This document shows positions 11,264-21,350 of a stretch of DNA of 59,621 nt, in pieces. The notes beneath the pieces are model-generated. The model worked only from the letters and a program-made list of their open reading frames with translations. It had not been told where the DNA came from and made no database searches. Position numbers and translations under genes: made by a program. The stretch lies in sequence record PZ049713.1. One strand, 5' to 3'. Each line of letters begins with the position of its first letter. Position 1 is the first letter of the stretch. Origin of the DNA: a phage.

Positions 11264-11538
11264 CCCCCCCTAACCCCACCCAAACCCACAGTCTGCCGGC
11301 GAGAGTCGGCGGGGAGGATTTGCTCGTGCCTGTAATTCCATTCATGCGACCCGTTACCGAGCCGCCGCCTGCCGGTAAGCCGATTCAGCTTTTCCTTAAA
11401 GACGGCAGGACGCGCGCAGCCACAACCTCATTAGTCTTCATGGGAAATGAGTGCTTCTTCATGTGGTACGACGCCCAAACACGCAAGTCGATAGCCGTCG
11501 ACAAGATCAAAGGATGGGCGCCGGCTCAGCTCGCCTAA
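11248..11538 (+). CDS. Hypothetical protein (start uncertain)
   Basis: ORF-track frame; GTG at 11248 or ATG at 11344, neither with a clear SD. Confidence 0.3.
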   Translation: MHSVLTPPNPTQTHSLPARVGGEDLLVPVIPFMRPVTEPPPAGKPIQLFLKDGRTRAATTSLVFMGNECFFMWYDAQTRKSIAVDKIKGWAPAQLA

Positions 11539-11562
11539 CCCCACACGCAGCAGGAGATAGAC

Positions 11563-12279
11563 ATGCCCGAACTCATCAAGCGGTTCGCCAAGAACACGGC
11601 GGGCCGTGACTTTGCCGTGGGCGACATTCACGGATGCTTTACGAAGCTGCAGCAGGCGCTCGACGGGATCGGCTTTGACCCGGCAGTCGATCGTCTGTTC
11701 TCGGTTGGCGATCTGGTTGATCGCGGCCCTGAATGTGACATGGCGCTGGAGTGGCTGGCAAAGCCCTGGTTCCACCCGGTGCGCGGCAACCACGACGACT
11801 ACGTGTGCCGGTACGACAGCTGCGAGCTGGGCAACTGGCTCATCAACGGCGGCGGCTGGTTCCTGTCGCTCAACAGCGACGAGCAGGCAGAGTACGCCGT
11901 CCAGTTCCGTGAGCTGCCGATCGCCATTGAACTGGAGACGGACGCAGGGCTAGTTGGCATCGTGCACGCCGACTGCCCATTTCCGACATGGGCTCAGACG
12001 GTCGCCGAGCTGACCGCGCCGGAATCACCGAAGCGCCTGAAACTGGTCAAGAACAGCTGTATGTGGTCGCGCACTCGAATCGAGATGGTCGACACAAGCG
12101 GGATACCGGACCTGCTCGCGCTTGTGGTCGGCCATACCCCGCTGCGCACGCCAGCAATCCTCGGCAACGTCGTTCACATCGACACTGTCGGCTGGCGGGA
12201 TGAAGGCTATTTCACGCTGACGGACTTGAACACGCTGCCTGAAGTTATCGAAGCAGCCAGCGTAACGGTGAGGGGGTGA
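11563..12279 (+). CDS. Ser/Thr protein phosphatase (calcineurin-like metallophosphatase)
   Basis: 238 aa; motifs GDIHG, GDLVDRG, GNHD in canonical order. Confidence 0.8.
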   Translation: MPELIKRFAKNTAGRDFAVGDIHGCFTKLQQALDGIGFDPAVDRLFSVGDLVDRGPECDMALEWLAKPWFHPVRGNHDDYVCRYDSCELGNWLINGGGWFLSLNSDEQAEYAVQFRELPIAIELETDAGLVGIVHADCPFPTWAQTVAELTAPESPKRLKLVKNSCMWSRTRIEMVDTSGIPDLLALVVGHTPLRTPAILGNVVHIDTVGWRDEGYFTLTDLNTLPEVIEAASVTVRG

Positions 12280-12282
12280 GGG

Positions 12283-12630
12283 ATGGGCGCAGAGAAACTA
12301 GAGAATCTGCCGGAGTGGTTCCCCGACAAGGTGACTGAGCAGCAGATGGCCATGATACTTGGCACAACCGATCGAGCCCTAGAAGGCAGGCGAAGCCGGA
12401 ACCAGATTCCCGAGGGCGTCTGGAATCGCATCAATGGACGAATCTACTACAGCCGATCAAGGTACGAAGAATGGCAAGAAAGCCTATGGCACTGCCCACC
12501 GGAGTTGAGCTACGCAACGATACGATCCGCATCCGATTTAGCTGGAACGGAAAGCGATGCTCAGAAACCCTCGCCCTCCCCCCGACGCAAGCGGGCATTG
12601 CCGCTGCATCCCGTCTACGCGATCAAGTAG
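12283..12630 (+). CDS. xis: Excisionase-like DNA-binding protein (3' end uncertain, overlaps int)
   Basis: N-terminal ~65 aa (...VTEQQMAMILGTTDRALEGRRSRNQIPEGVWNRINGRIYYSRSRYEEW) resembles excisionase-family HTH proteins; immediately upstream of int. Confidence 0.5.
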   Translation: MGAEKLENLPEWFPDKVTEQQMAMILGTTDRALEGRRSRNQIPEGVWNRINGRIYYSRSRYEEWQESLWHCPPELSYATIRSASDLAGTESDAQKPSPSPRRKRALPLHPVYAIK

Positions 12631-13652
12631 TCCAGCAGATCAAGCACGGCATCTTCGACGAGCGTAAGTATGCCGAGCTCTTCCCGGGCTCGCCGAACGC
12701 CATATCGAGCGTTTCGCGCGGGTTCGGCCAGTACGCCCAGGTCTGGCTCGACAGCCGATCGATCTCGGAAGGCACGCGCGACAACTACAAGTCAGTGCTC
12801 AATGTCTGGTGGATGCCGTACCTGGCCACAACTCTCCTTCCCAACCTGACGACCGCCTTCATGCGCGAGCTAGTCGTTCAAATCCCATGGACCTCGGACG
12901 GCGTGAAGGCGAACGCCATGAACAAGCTGAGCACCATTCTCGAGTCGGCGGTTTCGGACAGGCTCCTGACGGAGAACCCAATTCAGGCGCTGGACATACC
13001 GACGCGGACGGAAGCGAAGGTCGACCCGTTCACGCAGGATGAGGCGGACAGGATCATTGCCAGGCTCTACGAAACGGAGCACTGGCCCAGCCAGATATAC
13101 GCTGCGTTCTTCGAGTTCGCTTTCTATACCGGCATGCGGTTAGGAGAGATCGCTGCCCTTCGCTGGGAAGAGGTCGATTTGAAGAGGCGTACGGTCCACG
13201 TCTGCAGGTCCGTAGCAAAGAAGAAGGTCGTCGAGCGGACGAAGACCAAGAAGGAAAGGTTTGTGCTGCTGAATGATCGGGCAGTGCATGCCCTTCTGTT
13301 CGCCAAGCAGTACGCCGAGCGGCGCGCGGCCGGCAGCGGGCGGCTGACAGATTTTCCGTTCTGCTTCCCGCCAAGCAAAAACTCTCAGTTCGTGCAGCAG
13401 ACAAGCGACCTGCATCACCAGTGGCGACCGACGCTAAAGGCGCTGGGTATTCGCTACCGGCCCCCGTACAATGCGCGCCACACCTACGCAACCATGTGCC
13501 TGATGGCCGGAATGACACCGGCATTCATCGCCAAGCAGCTCGGCCATTCGATACAGATTCTGCTGTCTCGGTATGCCCGCTGGATCGACGGCGAAGGCGA
13601 TTGGGCTGAGATGCGCAAATTGCAGTTTGCCCCAAAAGTGCCCCAAGCGTAG
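12471..13652 (+). CDS. int: Tyrosine-type phage integrase
   Basis: 393 aa; C-terminal catalytic region with ...ARHTYATMCLMAG...LGHSIQILLSRYARW... (R, H-x-x-R, Y). Confidence 0.9.
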   Translation: MARKPMALPTGVELRNDTIRIRFSWNGKRCSETLALPPTQAGIAAASRLRDQVVQQIKHGIFDERKYAELFPGSPNAISSVSRGFGQYAQVWLDSRSISEGTRDNYKSVLNVWWMPYLATTLLPNLTTAFMRELVVQIPWTSDGVKANAMNKLSTILESAVSDRLLTENPIQALDIPTRTEAKVDPFTQDEADRIIARLYETEHWPSQIYAAFFEFAFYTGMRLGEIAALRWEEVDLKRRTVHVCRSVAKKKVVERTKTKKERFVLLNDRAVHALLFAKQYAERRAAGSGRLTDFPFCFPPSKNSQFVQQTSDLHHQWRPTLKALGIRYRPPYNARHTYATMCLMAGMTPAFIAKQLGHSIQILLSRYARWIDGEGDWAEMRKLQFAPKVPQA

Positions 13653-13851
13653 CACTACACCTCTGAAACCCGCGAGATAAAGCCTCTTGATTTCTACCGC
13701 CAACATCACCATGCAGTTCTAATGGGGGTTTTGGCGGGGTATGCTCCCCGTATTTACTGGGCTGCATGCCCTCACGGGCCCTCGAAAAACCGTACCCTGC
13801 CCCAAAAATTGCCCCGAGATTTGCCCCCTATCTCAGCCCGTCCGGGCAATC

Positions 13852-14367
13852 TCAATTCCCCCTCACCGCGTCATAAGCTTTCTCACACGCCGACCCAGCT
13901 ATTCCTCGGTCATCGGCGACAGCAGCATAGAGTTGAGCAGCCGTTCCAATCCGGCCGAACAAGTCGGCTCGCACTCTGGCGGCGTCCTCGGCTGCCTGGC
14001 TGAGCTGGGCAGTGATGGCATTGCCGGCGTCACGACTGCGCTGCTCAGATGCTGCGAGGCGCAACTTGAGCCGCTCAAGAGCACTACCAGCGCGCTCAGC
14101 ATCGCTACGCGCCGCAGCCAGTTGTTCCTGTGCCTCTGCATCTGCTTTCTCCGTCGCGGCCTGGCGCCGCTGGTTTTCCTGAATGACGAACAGCGCAGCG
14201 CGGCGGTCGCGCTCGCTGACTTCGGTGCGGTAGGAGGCCAGATCGGCCTGCGCCTGCGCGGCGTCAGACTGCGCCGATAGCACCCGGATCTGCTGCCCGC
14301 CGGCCACGGCAGCCAGAGCCAGCACCCACCAGGCCCAGCTGGGCACGAACTTCAGCCAGGCGGTCAT
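13852..14367 (-). CDS. Rz-like i-spanin
   Basis: 171 aa; N-terminal TM (WAWWVLALAAVAGG) followed by Ala/Gln/Arg-rich coiled coil; embedded +1-frame ORF; adjacent to endolysin. Confidence 0.6.
   Translation of the reverse strand: MTAWLKFVPSWAWWVLALAAVAGGQQIRVLSAQSDAAQAQADLASYRTEVSERDRRAALFVIQENQRRQAATEKADAEAQEQLAAARSDAERAGSALERLKLRLAASEQRSRDAGNAITAQLSQAAEDAARVRADLFGRIGTAAQLYAAVADDRGIAGSACEKAYDAVRGN
13899..14102 (-). CDS. Rz1-like o-spanin embedded in Rz
   Basis: Alternative-frame ORF: MLSALVVLLSGSSC signal/lipobox-like start then Pro-rich stretch ending ...PPECEP; the lipobox is not canonical. Confidence 0.4.
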   Translation of the reverse strand: MLSALVVLLSGSSCASQHLSSAVVTPAMPSLPSSARQPRTPPECEPTCSAGLERLLNSMLLSPMTEE

Positions 14368-14843
14368 CGCATCACCTCACGCACGGCCGCGGCGAATCGG
14401 GCTGGCCAGCGATCCGGATGCGGTTTTCCAGGGCGCCATGTACGCAGGTACAGATCCCAGCCGCCCGCAGCGTCATGCTCGCCTGGCAGAGGCTTCGGGT
14501 CAGTCCATAGCAAAAGCCGGCCGAAGGCGAACGCCAGCACGTCGTCACGCTCGAGCGCAGCCCACACGGCGGCAGGCTCAGGCGCAACACCTCGAGCAGC
14601 ACACACTCGACGGGCGTGGTCGCGGCTCGAAGGGTGGCTCAGCACACCACGCACACCACCGCCCTGCTCGAACTGAAGCAGCCCGCGGGCCGGCCCGGTC
14701 GGCCACTGGCGGCGCCGCTGTTCCGGATCTTCCTGCTGAGTAATAGCAAGCAGCATGATCTCTGCCTCTCGGCTCGACATTCGCGCAGGCAGCAGCGCGA
14801 GAGCGGGCGCTATGGCGCGCTCCCGTATTTCAGAGAGGGTCAT
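14364..14843 (-). CDS. Endolysin candidate (lytic transglycosylase / SLT-like)
   Basis: ATG at 14843 (MTLSEIRERAIAPALALL...); SLT-like ...LLAITQQEDPEQ... region; ATGA overlap with Rz. Confidence 0.5.
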   Translation of the reverse strand: MTLSEIRERAIAPALALLPARMSSREAEIMLLAITQQEDPEQRRRQWPTGPARGLLQFEQGGGVRGVLSHPSSRDHARRVCAARGVAPEPAAVWAALERDDVLAFAFGRLLLWTDPKPLPGEHDAAGGWDLYLRTWRPGKPHPDRWPARFAAAVREVMR

Positions 14844-14985
14844 GGGTAATCCTTCAGACGAAAAAAAACCCGACTGGCGGGACGTAAACGAATGTCTCAA
14901 TCGGGTGGTGATAGTCGCCCCATTCGGGCATAATCCACGACTTCCTGAGCAGCGACTCTTTAGCTGTTATTACAAGGATGGGTAT

Positions 14986-16146
14986 ATGAGAAGCGCGTCA
15001 GGCATCTTTCTATTCGTGCTGTTCCCAGGATATTTCTTTTATCACATCGCATATAGCTTGGGCATGGTTCCTTATATTGGAATCTTCACAATCACTCTAG
15101 CCATTGCGTGTGGCTACTTCCTAATTAAGCTATTTATTGGACTTCTGAGAAATCCTTACCCGATAGTGTCATTTGCAGATGCATGCTTTGTTCTGTTAAT
15201 AATCACGCTGTCTGCAATTACCATCGTGAACCACACGCTTAATGACGGTGCGTATATCGATACGGACGGACTTGTGTTTAGCGCATCAATCATCGTATCG
15301 ATGACTGGGCTTTATTTTTTAGGGAGAAATATAGTTCTGGAGCAGCAAAAGAAATCGACGCTTGCAGCGCTGGCTTTACTAGCCGGATACCTCGCATGCG
15401 CGATAATTTTCTATCAAGAAAACGGCGGCTATATGCTGCTCCCCACTCCGAGCGAATCGGCGCCGGAGCCCTCAAATTATCAGGGCCTTGCCCGCTCGGT
15501 TATGTACTCGCTGATTTTCACTTTGCCCTTTATCAAGTCTGGGCTCATGAGATTCGTCTACGCTGCAGCCAGCCTAGCCTGCTTGTATTTGATCGGTTCA
15601 AGAACGGACTTCGCACTTTGCGCTATGGTGTTCCTGGTTTCGATGCTGATAAGGTCAAGCATTAGAGGCGCAGTTATGGCATATGGATTGATGATACTCG
15701 CCTTACCAGCCGCGCTTTATTTTCTCTACCAGTCCGACAGATTCGCGATCAGCTCCACCGACCCGTCACTTGTTGCGCGTGGAATATTCACCGAATCATC
15801 AATAGACGGAATTTCGGGTTCACCTATCCTTGGTGATTACCTCGGGCAGGTTAGAGACTTCGGCGACATTGGAAGTTACGCGCACAACGCTCTTTCCATG
15901 TACCAGCAATTCGGACTAATACCGTTCATTGCTTACATTGCATTCATTATTTTTAGCTTATTGATCGCAATCAAGTCTCTCGCTATAAATCGTCGATCTC
16001 CATACACAGAGCTTCTGCTGCATCTTTCCGTCGTTGCGCTGGCCGGGGTCTTGGTGGCGAAGTCAATACTCTGGACGACCCCAGTACTGGCCTGGGGTCT
16101 TGCGGTGAGCATAAGGAGAAATCGCTACGCTTGTATTAGGCCGTAA
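14986..16146 (+). CDS. Polytopic membrane protein, Wzy-like (O-antigen polymerase/ligase family)
   Basis: 386 aa from ATG 14986 with AAGGA SD; many hydrophobic helices; markedly AT-richer than flanks; between lysis genes and tailspike. Confidence 0.5.
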   Translation: MRSASGIFLFVLFPGYFFYHIAYSLGMVPYIGIFTITLAIACGYFLIKLFIGLLRNPYPIVSFADACFVLLIITLSAITIVNHTLNDGAYIDTDGLVFSASIIVSMTGLYFLGRNIVLEQQKKSTLAALALLAGYLACAIIFYQENGGYMLLPTPSESAPEPSNYQGLARSVMYSLIFTLPFIKSGLMRFVYAAASLACLYLIGSRTDFALCAMVFLVSMLIRSSIRGAVMAYGLMILALPAALYFLYQSDRFAISSTDPSLVARGIFTESSIDGISGSPILGDYLGQVRDFGDIGSYAHNALSMYQQFGLIPFIAYIAFIIFSLLIAIKSLAINRRSPYTELLLHLSVVALAGVLVAKSILWTTPVLAWGLAVSIRRNRYACIRP

Positions 16147-18182
16147 CCCTTCCATGATCCAGGCGAGCCCGCTACCACGCAAACCCAGCCGCTGTACTGG
16201 CCTGCGGACGGATATCTATTAACTACTCTGTCGCCGGAGTTCCATGTGCCGGTTGTAGGTATGGCTGTGCCGAACCATTCCTTACCGAAGTTGCCCGCTT
16301 GGAGGGTTTCGTAAAGGTACAGGACACCCCCTACAAATTGATTGTCAGCATAATATCGAAGCGGCTCGGCAGGGTTCTTAAAGCGCATTGCAGTTACACG
16401 GAAGCCACTCACAGTATTGCGCGCCACTGACATTGTTGACTGAGTGCCCGATTCGATGAATATGCCGTGCTCCATGAGCGTGGCGTTACCGCGAATGGTA
16501 TTCCCAGTGATTTCTTTCTCTGACCCTGCGGTGATATGAATACCCAAGCCAGCACCGATGCCGCCTGCACGCCCAACATCCTCCAGCTTGTTATTGCTTA
16601 TCTTTGCACCTACACCGTTTGCGTCGAAAATGCCTTGATACTGGGTTTGGCGAATACTGTTCCCGGTCGCAACTAGGTTCGAATACTGATCAAAATAAAG
16701 GCCGGAACGACCCACTACGGCGACAGAGTTGCCTGTAACGTTGGCGTCGGCCGCATACCGAACCGCAATACCATCTTGACCAACGTTAGCAATCGTATTG
16801 CCCGTAATGGACAAGACCTTGCAGCGCATAGGAGTAGCCGTTGGCCCGGTGTTGATAACCTGAATACCGTCACCACCAGACACACCGCTGATCGTGTTAC
16901 CCGTGATTGAAACCGAACCGCTGTTGCCGCCGCCAGCGTCATAATTTTGAACTTTCAGACCTGACGCAACGGTGTTGCGGATAGTGTTACCAGTAATCGA
17001 AAGCCCAAAAATGCCCGTGTCGCAGTACAAGCCATGCTCGGTAACGATGTCGTGTATCACGTTGCCAGTGACGGTCACATTCTCTGAAAGCTGCCCGATG
17101 ATTCCGCCAGACGCTGTTCCCGATATTCTATTACCAAACACATTTATGTTTTTGCCAACCAGGGTGAAGCCTGTTGTGTTTCTGTAGTTGGGGTCGTTCA
17201 GTACCGCGGCACCCGGACCATGAACAACGTTGTACGCGAAGGTCGCACCGTCGACAGGGAGGTTTGTCATCACCGGCGAATATCGGAAATCACGGAAGAC
17301 GTTACCGATAATTTGCAGATTGATCGCTTCGGAGCCGCTGACCCCGATAGCTTGCGATGCTGGGCTATTTACATAGGTCGCCTCGTCGGCACCAATCAAC
17401 TCCAAACCGGTCACGGTTACATCAGACAGGCCATCAGCATCGAACAGTACCGTTTGCACCGCCGTTTGCCGGATCACTGCATGCCGCCCTGACAGATAAT
17501 GGCCAGACCTTAGCTGGAGCTTCCCATTGACCAGGTAATGATCACTCGCGTCACCGAAATCGACGTATAAGCCTGCATTCAGCGCAGCTTGGATTGCCAC
17601 CGTATCATCAGTAACCCCGTCCGCTACCGCGCCGTAAGAACGAGGGCGCACCGTCTTGTCGCTTTCTAGTATTTCAGCGACGGTCCGCGTACCCAGTCGT
17701 ACAAGACTAGCGCCTTCCGCTGCCGCCAACTCCTGCCGCAGCACGTCATCCCCAAGCAGCACGAGGCTGGCAGAGTCAGTCGCCCAAGTGCCAGTGAGCT
17801 CCAGAGGAAGCGTAGCGTCAGGGCCGGGCCGGTAGAGGCCTGCGGTCGTACCGGTAGTGGCCGCATTGACTGCAACGTACTCGTTCCGCTCCTCCAGTAC
17901 GACATTGGCCGCATAGTCGCCCTTGCTCACATAGCCGGAAGACACGAGAAACGCCTGGAACCGGCTCTCCTTATCGGCCTGACTCAGTGTGAACGCGGTT
18001 TCGCGGCCTTCCTGCGCATTGTTGAAGCTGTTTTCCATGCCGGACCACGACTCGCGCAGCTTGCCCAGTCGGTCGGCATAGAACGGATCTGCGCCGTTGA
18101 CCAGCTTGTCGAGGTTCTCGGCGTTGTCGTACAGGTCGCGCGGATCGGTGGACGGGACGTTGTTGCCGGTATTGAATGTCAT
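16125..18182 (-). CDS. Tailspike protein with right-handed beta-helix (depolymerase-like)
   Basis: 685 aa; repeated ...TGNTI/TGNV... strands (VTVTGNVI, SITGNTIRN, SITGNTISG, ITGNTIAN, VTGNSVAV, ATGNSIRQ, ITGNTIRG); last gene of the tail operon. Confidence 0.7.
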   Translation of the reverse strand: MTFNTGNNVPSTDPRDLYDNAENLDKLVNGADPFYADRLGKLRESWSGMENSFNNAQEGRETAFTLSQADKESRFQAFLVSSGYVSKGDYAANVVLEERNEYVAVNAATTGTTAGLYRPGPDATLPLELTGTWATDSASLVLLGDDVLRQELAAAEGASLVRLGTRTVAEILESDKTVRPRSYGAVADGVTDDTVAIQAALNAGLYVDFGDASDHYLVNGKLQLRSGHYLSGRHAVIRQTAVQTVLFDADGLSDVTVTGLELIGADEATYVNSPASQAIGVSGSEAINLQIIGNVFRDFRYSPVMTNLPVDGATFAYNVVHGPGAAVLNDPNYRNTTGFTLVGKNINVFGNRISGTASGGIIGQLSENVTVTGNVIHDIVTEHGLYCDTGIFGLSITGNTIRNTVASGLKVQNYDAGGGNSGSVSITGNTISGVSGGDGIQVINTGPTATPMRCKVLSITGNTIANVGQDGIAVRYAADANVTGNSVAVVGRSGLYFDQYSNLVATGNSIRQTQYQGIFDANGVGAKISNNKLEDVGRAGGIGAGLGIHITAGSEKEITGNTIRGNATLMEHGIFIESGTQSTMSVARNTVSGFRVTAMRFKNPAEPLRYYADNQFVGGVLYLYETLQAGNFGKEWFGTAIPTTGTWNSGDRVVNRYPSAGQYSGWVCVVAGSPGSWKGYGLIQA

Positions 18183-18255
18183 GCGTTTACTCCAGGCGTG
18201 AAAATCCGCACGGCGTCCTTGCGGGCCGTGTCCGGTATGTGGTGTTGGCTAGTGG

Positions 18256-20958
18256 TTAGGCGGGTGGCGTTGCGTCGTCGTAGGCGTAGACTTCTGGCGC
18301 GTAGTTGACTGCCTCTACTGACGCCCCATCTGTGCCGTTCGGGCTGATTGACGTGATCAGTGCCGGATAGCTCCAGCGGTTGACCGGCCCGAACAAGAGG
18401 TGCGGCGGTTCGATGCTCCACGAGGTGTCGGGCTCAAAGTCCAAGCCGGTGATCGACAGCCGATACTCATCGATGCGCGTCGCGGCGTATGGCCCAGAGA
18501 GCGTGCCATCAGGACGGCGAATACCGACCACATGCGCGCCACCGGCTGACCAGTCGAACGGCTCGGATGACTCGATGATGCCGCTGTCGTAGCTCAGCAT
18601 CAGCGCGCTCTGGCCGTAGCCCGGCACGTCGTCGGCCACATGGCAGAACGACATAAACCCCGAATTCAGCGCATCCAGCTCGGTCGCCCAGCGATACGCC
18701 CAGCGCCTATGTTTGTGCGCCATCCGCTGCCGCATCCCGAGGCGCCAAGCGCGCGTCCTGCTAGTGATGCCCTCTGCCGTAAGCTTCTCGACCTTGCGCC
18801 CGATATCGCCCGGCAGGCGGCACTCAACGGTCTCCACCGCCCAGGTGTTTTCGTCGACGTATTCCACATCCACGCCGTCGAAGTCGTCCGGGCCTACGGC
18901 GGAGAAGTCGCGCTCCAGCTCTTCTGTCATGTTCTGCGGCGTGTACAAGTCGGTTTTCGGCGCGAAGGTCTGCTGTGGCGTGTCGCGCGGCTCATCACGA
19001 GCAGCAGACAAGCGCCCGCGCTCGATAGTCAGGTCGGCAAAGCCGGCTTTTAGCGCATGGCCGATGATCTGCTTGACCGTGGACGCGGACTCGTAGGCCA
19101 TGTCAAAGCGGTCGCCGCGCTGCGCCCATAGGGCTCCGAGGCGATCCAGTTCGGCGAAATCCAGGTCGTCATCGGTATAGCCGATGGATCGTGCAACGTA
19201 GGCCACGAACGGCACGATATCGCGCGTCGGCGTCTCGACATCCCATGCGCCGTCACCTGTTCGAACAGGCAGCACGCGCGTGACCTCAGCGGAAATCAGC
19301 TGCTCTGACTGTGCGGCCAAGCGGTTGCCGCCCTTGACGCGCACGGCCATCACCGTGACGCCCTCGTATGCGGTCGGCGCCTGCAACTTGGCGCGCAGCC
19401 CGTACCACTCCACGCCATCAATGATCTGCGTGCTGTCGGATTTCGCGCCGATGCGCCTCAGCCGCACTTCGGGCCGCATCATGCTCGGCAGCGTCAGCGA
19501 TTCGGTGTAGCCGAGCTGGTCGACCTGCGCGCCGCTGTAGCTCTTGGTGATCGACGTCCAGGCGCCCGCCAGCGCGGCGTCGCGATACTGCATCTCCACG
19601 GTCACGGTAATCGAGAATTTGCGGCCCTTCTTATCGACGCCGCACAGGCCGCCGGGGAACATCACGTCCCACTCGATATGGCTGGCCACCTCGTTCGGCG
19701 GGCAGGCCATGAACGGCCCGGTCCAGTCGCCCTCCTGCGTGGATGCGTCGAGGCTGATCGAGGCGTCGGCACTGTTGAAGTCATCGAATCCCGGCCATGC
19801 GACCGGATCAGGCGCGCCGGTATCGGTCAGGCGCTCAACCGATATGGCCGATATGCCGGCCGCAACGATGCGATAGCGTAGGCCCGCATAGCCCACGCTC
19901 AGGCTCGCAGGGCCAGCCGGCAGCGCCGTAACGGGCGAGCCATTTAGGTAGTTCAGTGTGAGCTGGTCAGGCGCGCCTGGCGTGTAGCTGTGCACGACGA
20001 ACGAGCCGGCATAGTCGCCAGCCACCTCAATGACCATGCCCGCAAACGGCGCCATCCAAGCGAAGCTTCCTTCGATGATGTCTCGATCCGCCCCGCCGTC
20101 GATGACGGTAAAAGGTCGCGGAGCCTCGATGCGGACGATCATGCCCGGCGCCCATCCGGCTGGGAACGAGCCGGCACCGGACGGGATAGTGATGGTGTCG
20201 CCGCTGAAGATGTAGCTGGTTGCCGTAGGTTCTGGGTCGACGGCGTAGGTTGCCGTCAACTCCAGGCCTGCGGAGCCGGTCGAGGTAGCGCCCACTTCGT
20301 CAGCCGAGTGCCACCACTCTGCCGCAGCCTCGCCGGCCAGCGATTGGCCGGGCTGGTAGATCGAATATTCCGCATCGCTGCCGAGGGAAATCAGCGGAGT
20401 ATCGCCGACCAGGATGCGGCTGGCCGGGATTTCGAATTTGCCCTTGCCGATGCACAGCAACATTTCCACCCACTGATCGCGCGGGGCCGAGAAGAAGCGA
20501 TGCGGCGGCAACAGGTAATCGGGGTACACACGCCGCTTGCCTGCAACCTCTCGAATTGGGTCGTTGATTCGGACCTTGTTGCCCTTGGCCGAGGCCTCGT
20601 TGAGCGCATCGCCACGCCCCACTCCGCCGCCGCCTTTCGTCTGCGGCTTGGGCATCATCGAGACGACGAGCACCGCGGCCGCCACTGCGACGGCCGCATA
20701 GACGAGCATCGCGGTCGCGCTGATCGGCTCTTTCGGCTCAGGCGTGATATCCACCACATCGTCCGGCGCGATGACGAAGCTATCCCACTCCCCGGACGGC
20801 ACCAGGGCGCCATTCACCTCGAAGCTGATCGGGTGAACGTCGCGCTCGCTGTATGACGGGACGTTCGCGCGCAGCCAGGCGCCGATGGTCATCGCCGAGC
20901 CGATGTGATGCGTCTCCAGCGGCTCACCTTGGAGCTTGGACGGATAAATCCGAATCAT
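18256..20958 (-). CDS. Tail tip / host-specificity protein (lambda I/J-like)
   Basis: 900 aa; position after the NlpC/P60 tail protein and before the tailspike; N-terminal hydrophobic segment as in gpI-like proteins. Confidence 0.6.
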   Translation of the reverse strand: MIRIYPSKLQGEPLETHHIGSAMTIGAWLRANVPSYSERDVHPISFEVNGALVPSGEWDSFVIAPDDVVDITPEPKEPISATAMLVYAAVAVAAAVLVVSMMPKPQTKGGGGVGRGDALNEASAKGNKVRINDPIREVAGKRRVYPDYLLPPHRFFSAPRDQWVEMLLCIGKGKFEIPASRILVGDTPLISLGSDAEYSIYQPGQSLAGEAAAEWWHSADEVGATSTGSAGLELTATYAVDPEPTATSYIFSGDTITIPSGAGSFPAGWAPGMIVRIEAPRPFTVIDGGADRDIIEGSFAWMAPFAGMVIEVAGDYAGSFVVHSYTPGAPDQLTLNYLNGSPVTALPAGPASLSVGYAGLRYRIVAAGISAISVERLTDTGAPDPVAWPGFDDFNSADASISLDASTQEGDWTGPFMACPPNEVASHIEWDVMFPGGLCGVDKKGRKFSITVTVEMQYRDAALAGAWTSITKSYSGAQVDQLGYTESLTLPSMMRPEVRLRRIGAKSDSTQIIDGVEWYGLRAKLQAPTAYEGVTVMAVRVKGGNRLAAQSEQLISAEVTRVLPVRTGDGAWDVETPTRDIVPFVAYVARSIGYTDDDLDFAELDRLGALWAQRGDRFDMAYESASTVKQIIGHALKAGFADLTIERGRLSAARDEPRDTPQQTFAPKTDLYTPQNMTEELERDFSAVGPDDFDGVDVEYVDENTWAVETVECRLPGDIGRKVEKLTAEGITSRTRAWRLGMRQRMAHKHRRWAYRWATELDALNSGFMSFCHVADDVPGYGQSALMLSYDSGIIESSEPFDWSAGGAHVVGIRRPDGTLSGPYAATRIDEYRLSITGLDFEPDTSWSIEPPHLLFGPVNRWSYPALITSISPNGTDGASVEAVNYAPEVYAYDDATPPA

Positions 20959-21350
20959 GGTTTTTCCCTGTAGTAGACGACCCGTGCGAAGCGGGATTCG
21001 AACCTGGCCACGGTCGACCAGCTCGGGCCTGTCTTGCTGCCGGTGTCGAGCACGGCCAGGCGCCCGTCAATCTCGACAACGATGGCGATATGCACGCAGA
21101 TGCGCCCGCGCCAGACTGTGGCGATAGCACCAGGCCCAGGCCGGCACTCTTCGAACTCTGTCGCCGCCTGCTTGACGCAGCGCGTGAACTCGGCGGGCAT
21201 GGTGTTGCGGACATGGCCGAACGCAGGCAGATCGGCCTTACCGAACACCTCCTGTCGAACCAGCCGCACCAGGCCGTAACAATCCACGAACGGCAGTTCG
21301 CGCCCGCCGTCCCGATATGAGGAGGCGAGGTATTTGGTGAGCCAGGTCAT
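20955..21350 (-). CDS. NlpC/P60-family tail protein (lambda K-like)
   Basis: 131 aa; DCYGLV cysteine motif and downstream His; ATGA overlap with J-like gene. Confidence 0.5.
   Translation of the reverse strand: MTWLTKYLASSYRDGGRELPFVDCYGLVRLVRQEVFGKADLPAFGHVRNTMPAEFTRCVKQAATEFEECRPGPGAIATVWRGRICVHIAIVVEIDGRLAVLDTGSKTGPSWSTVARFESRFARVVYYREKP

Noticed and set aside
13653-13851. Possible attP with an embedded tRNA 3' end downstream of int
   Set aside because: No tRNA-like T-arm or acceptor sequence and no obvious core repeat were recognisable by eye; left uncalled.
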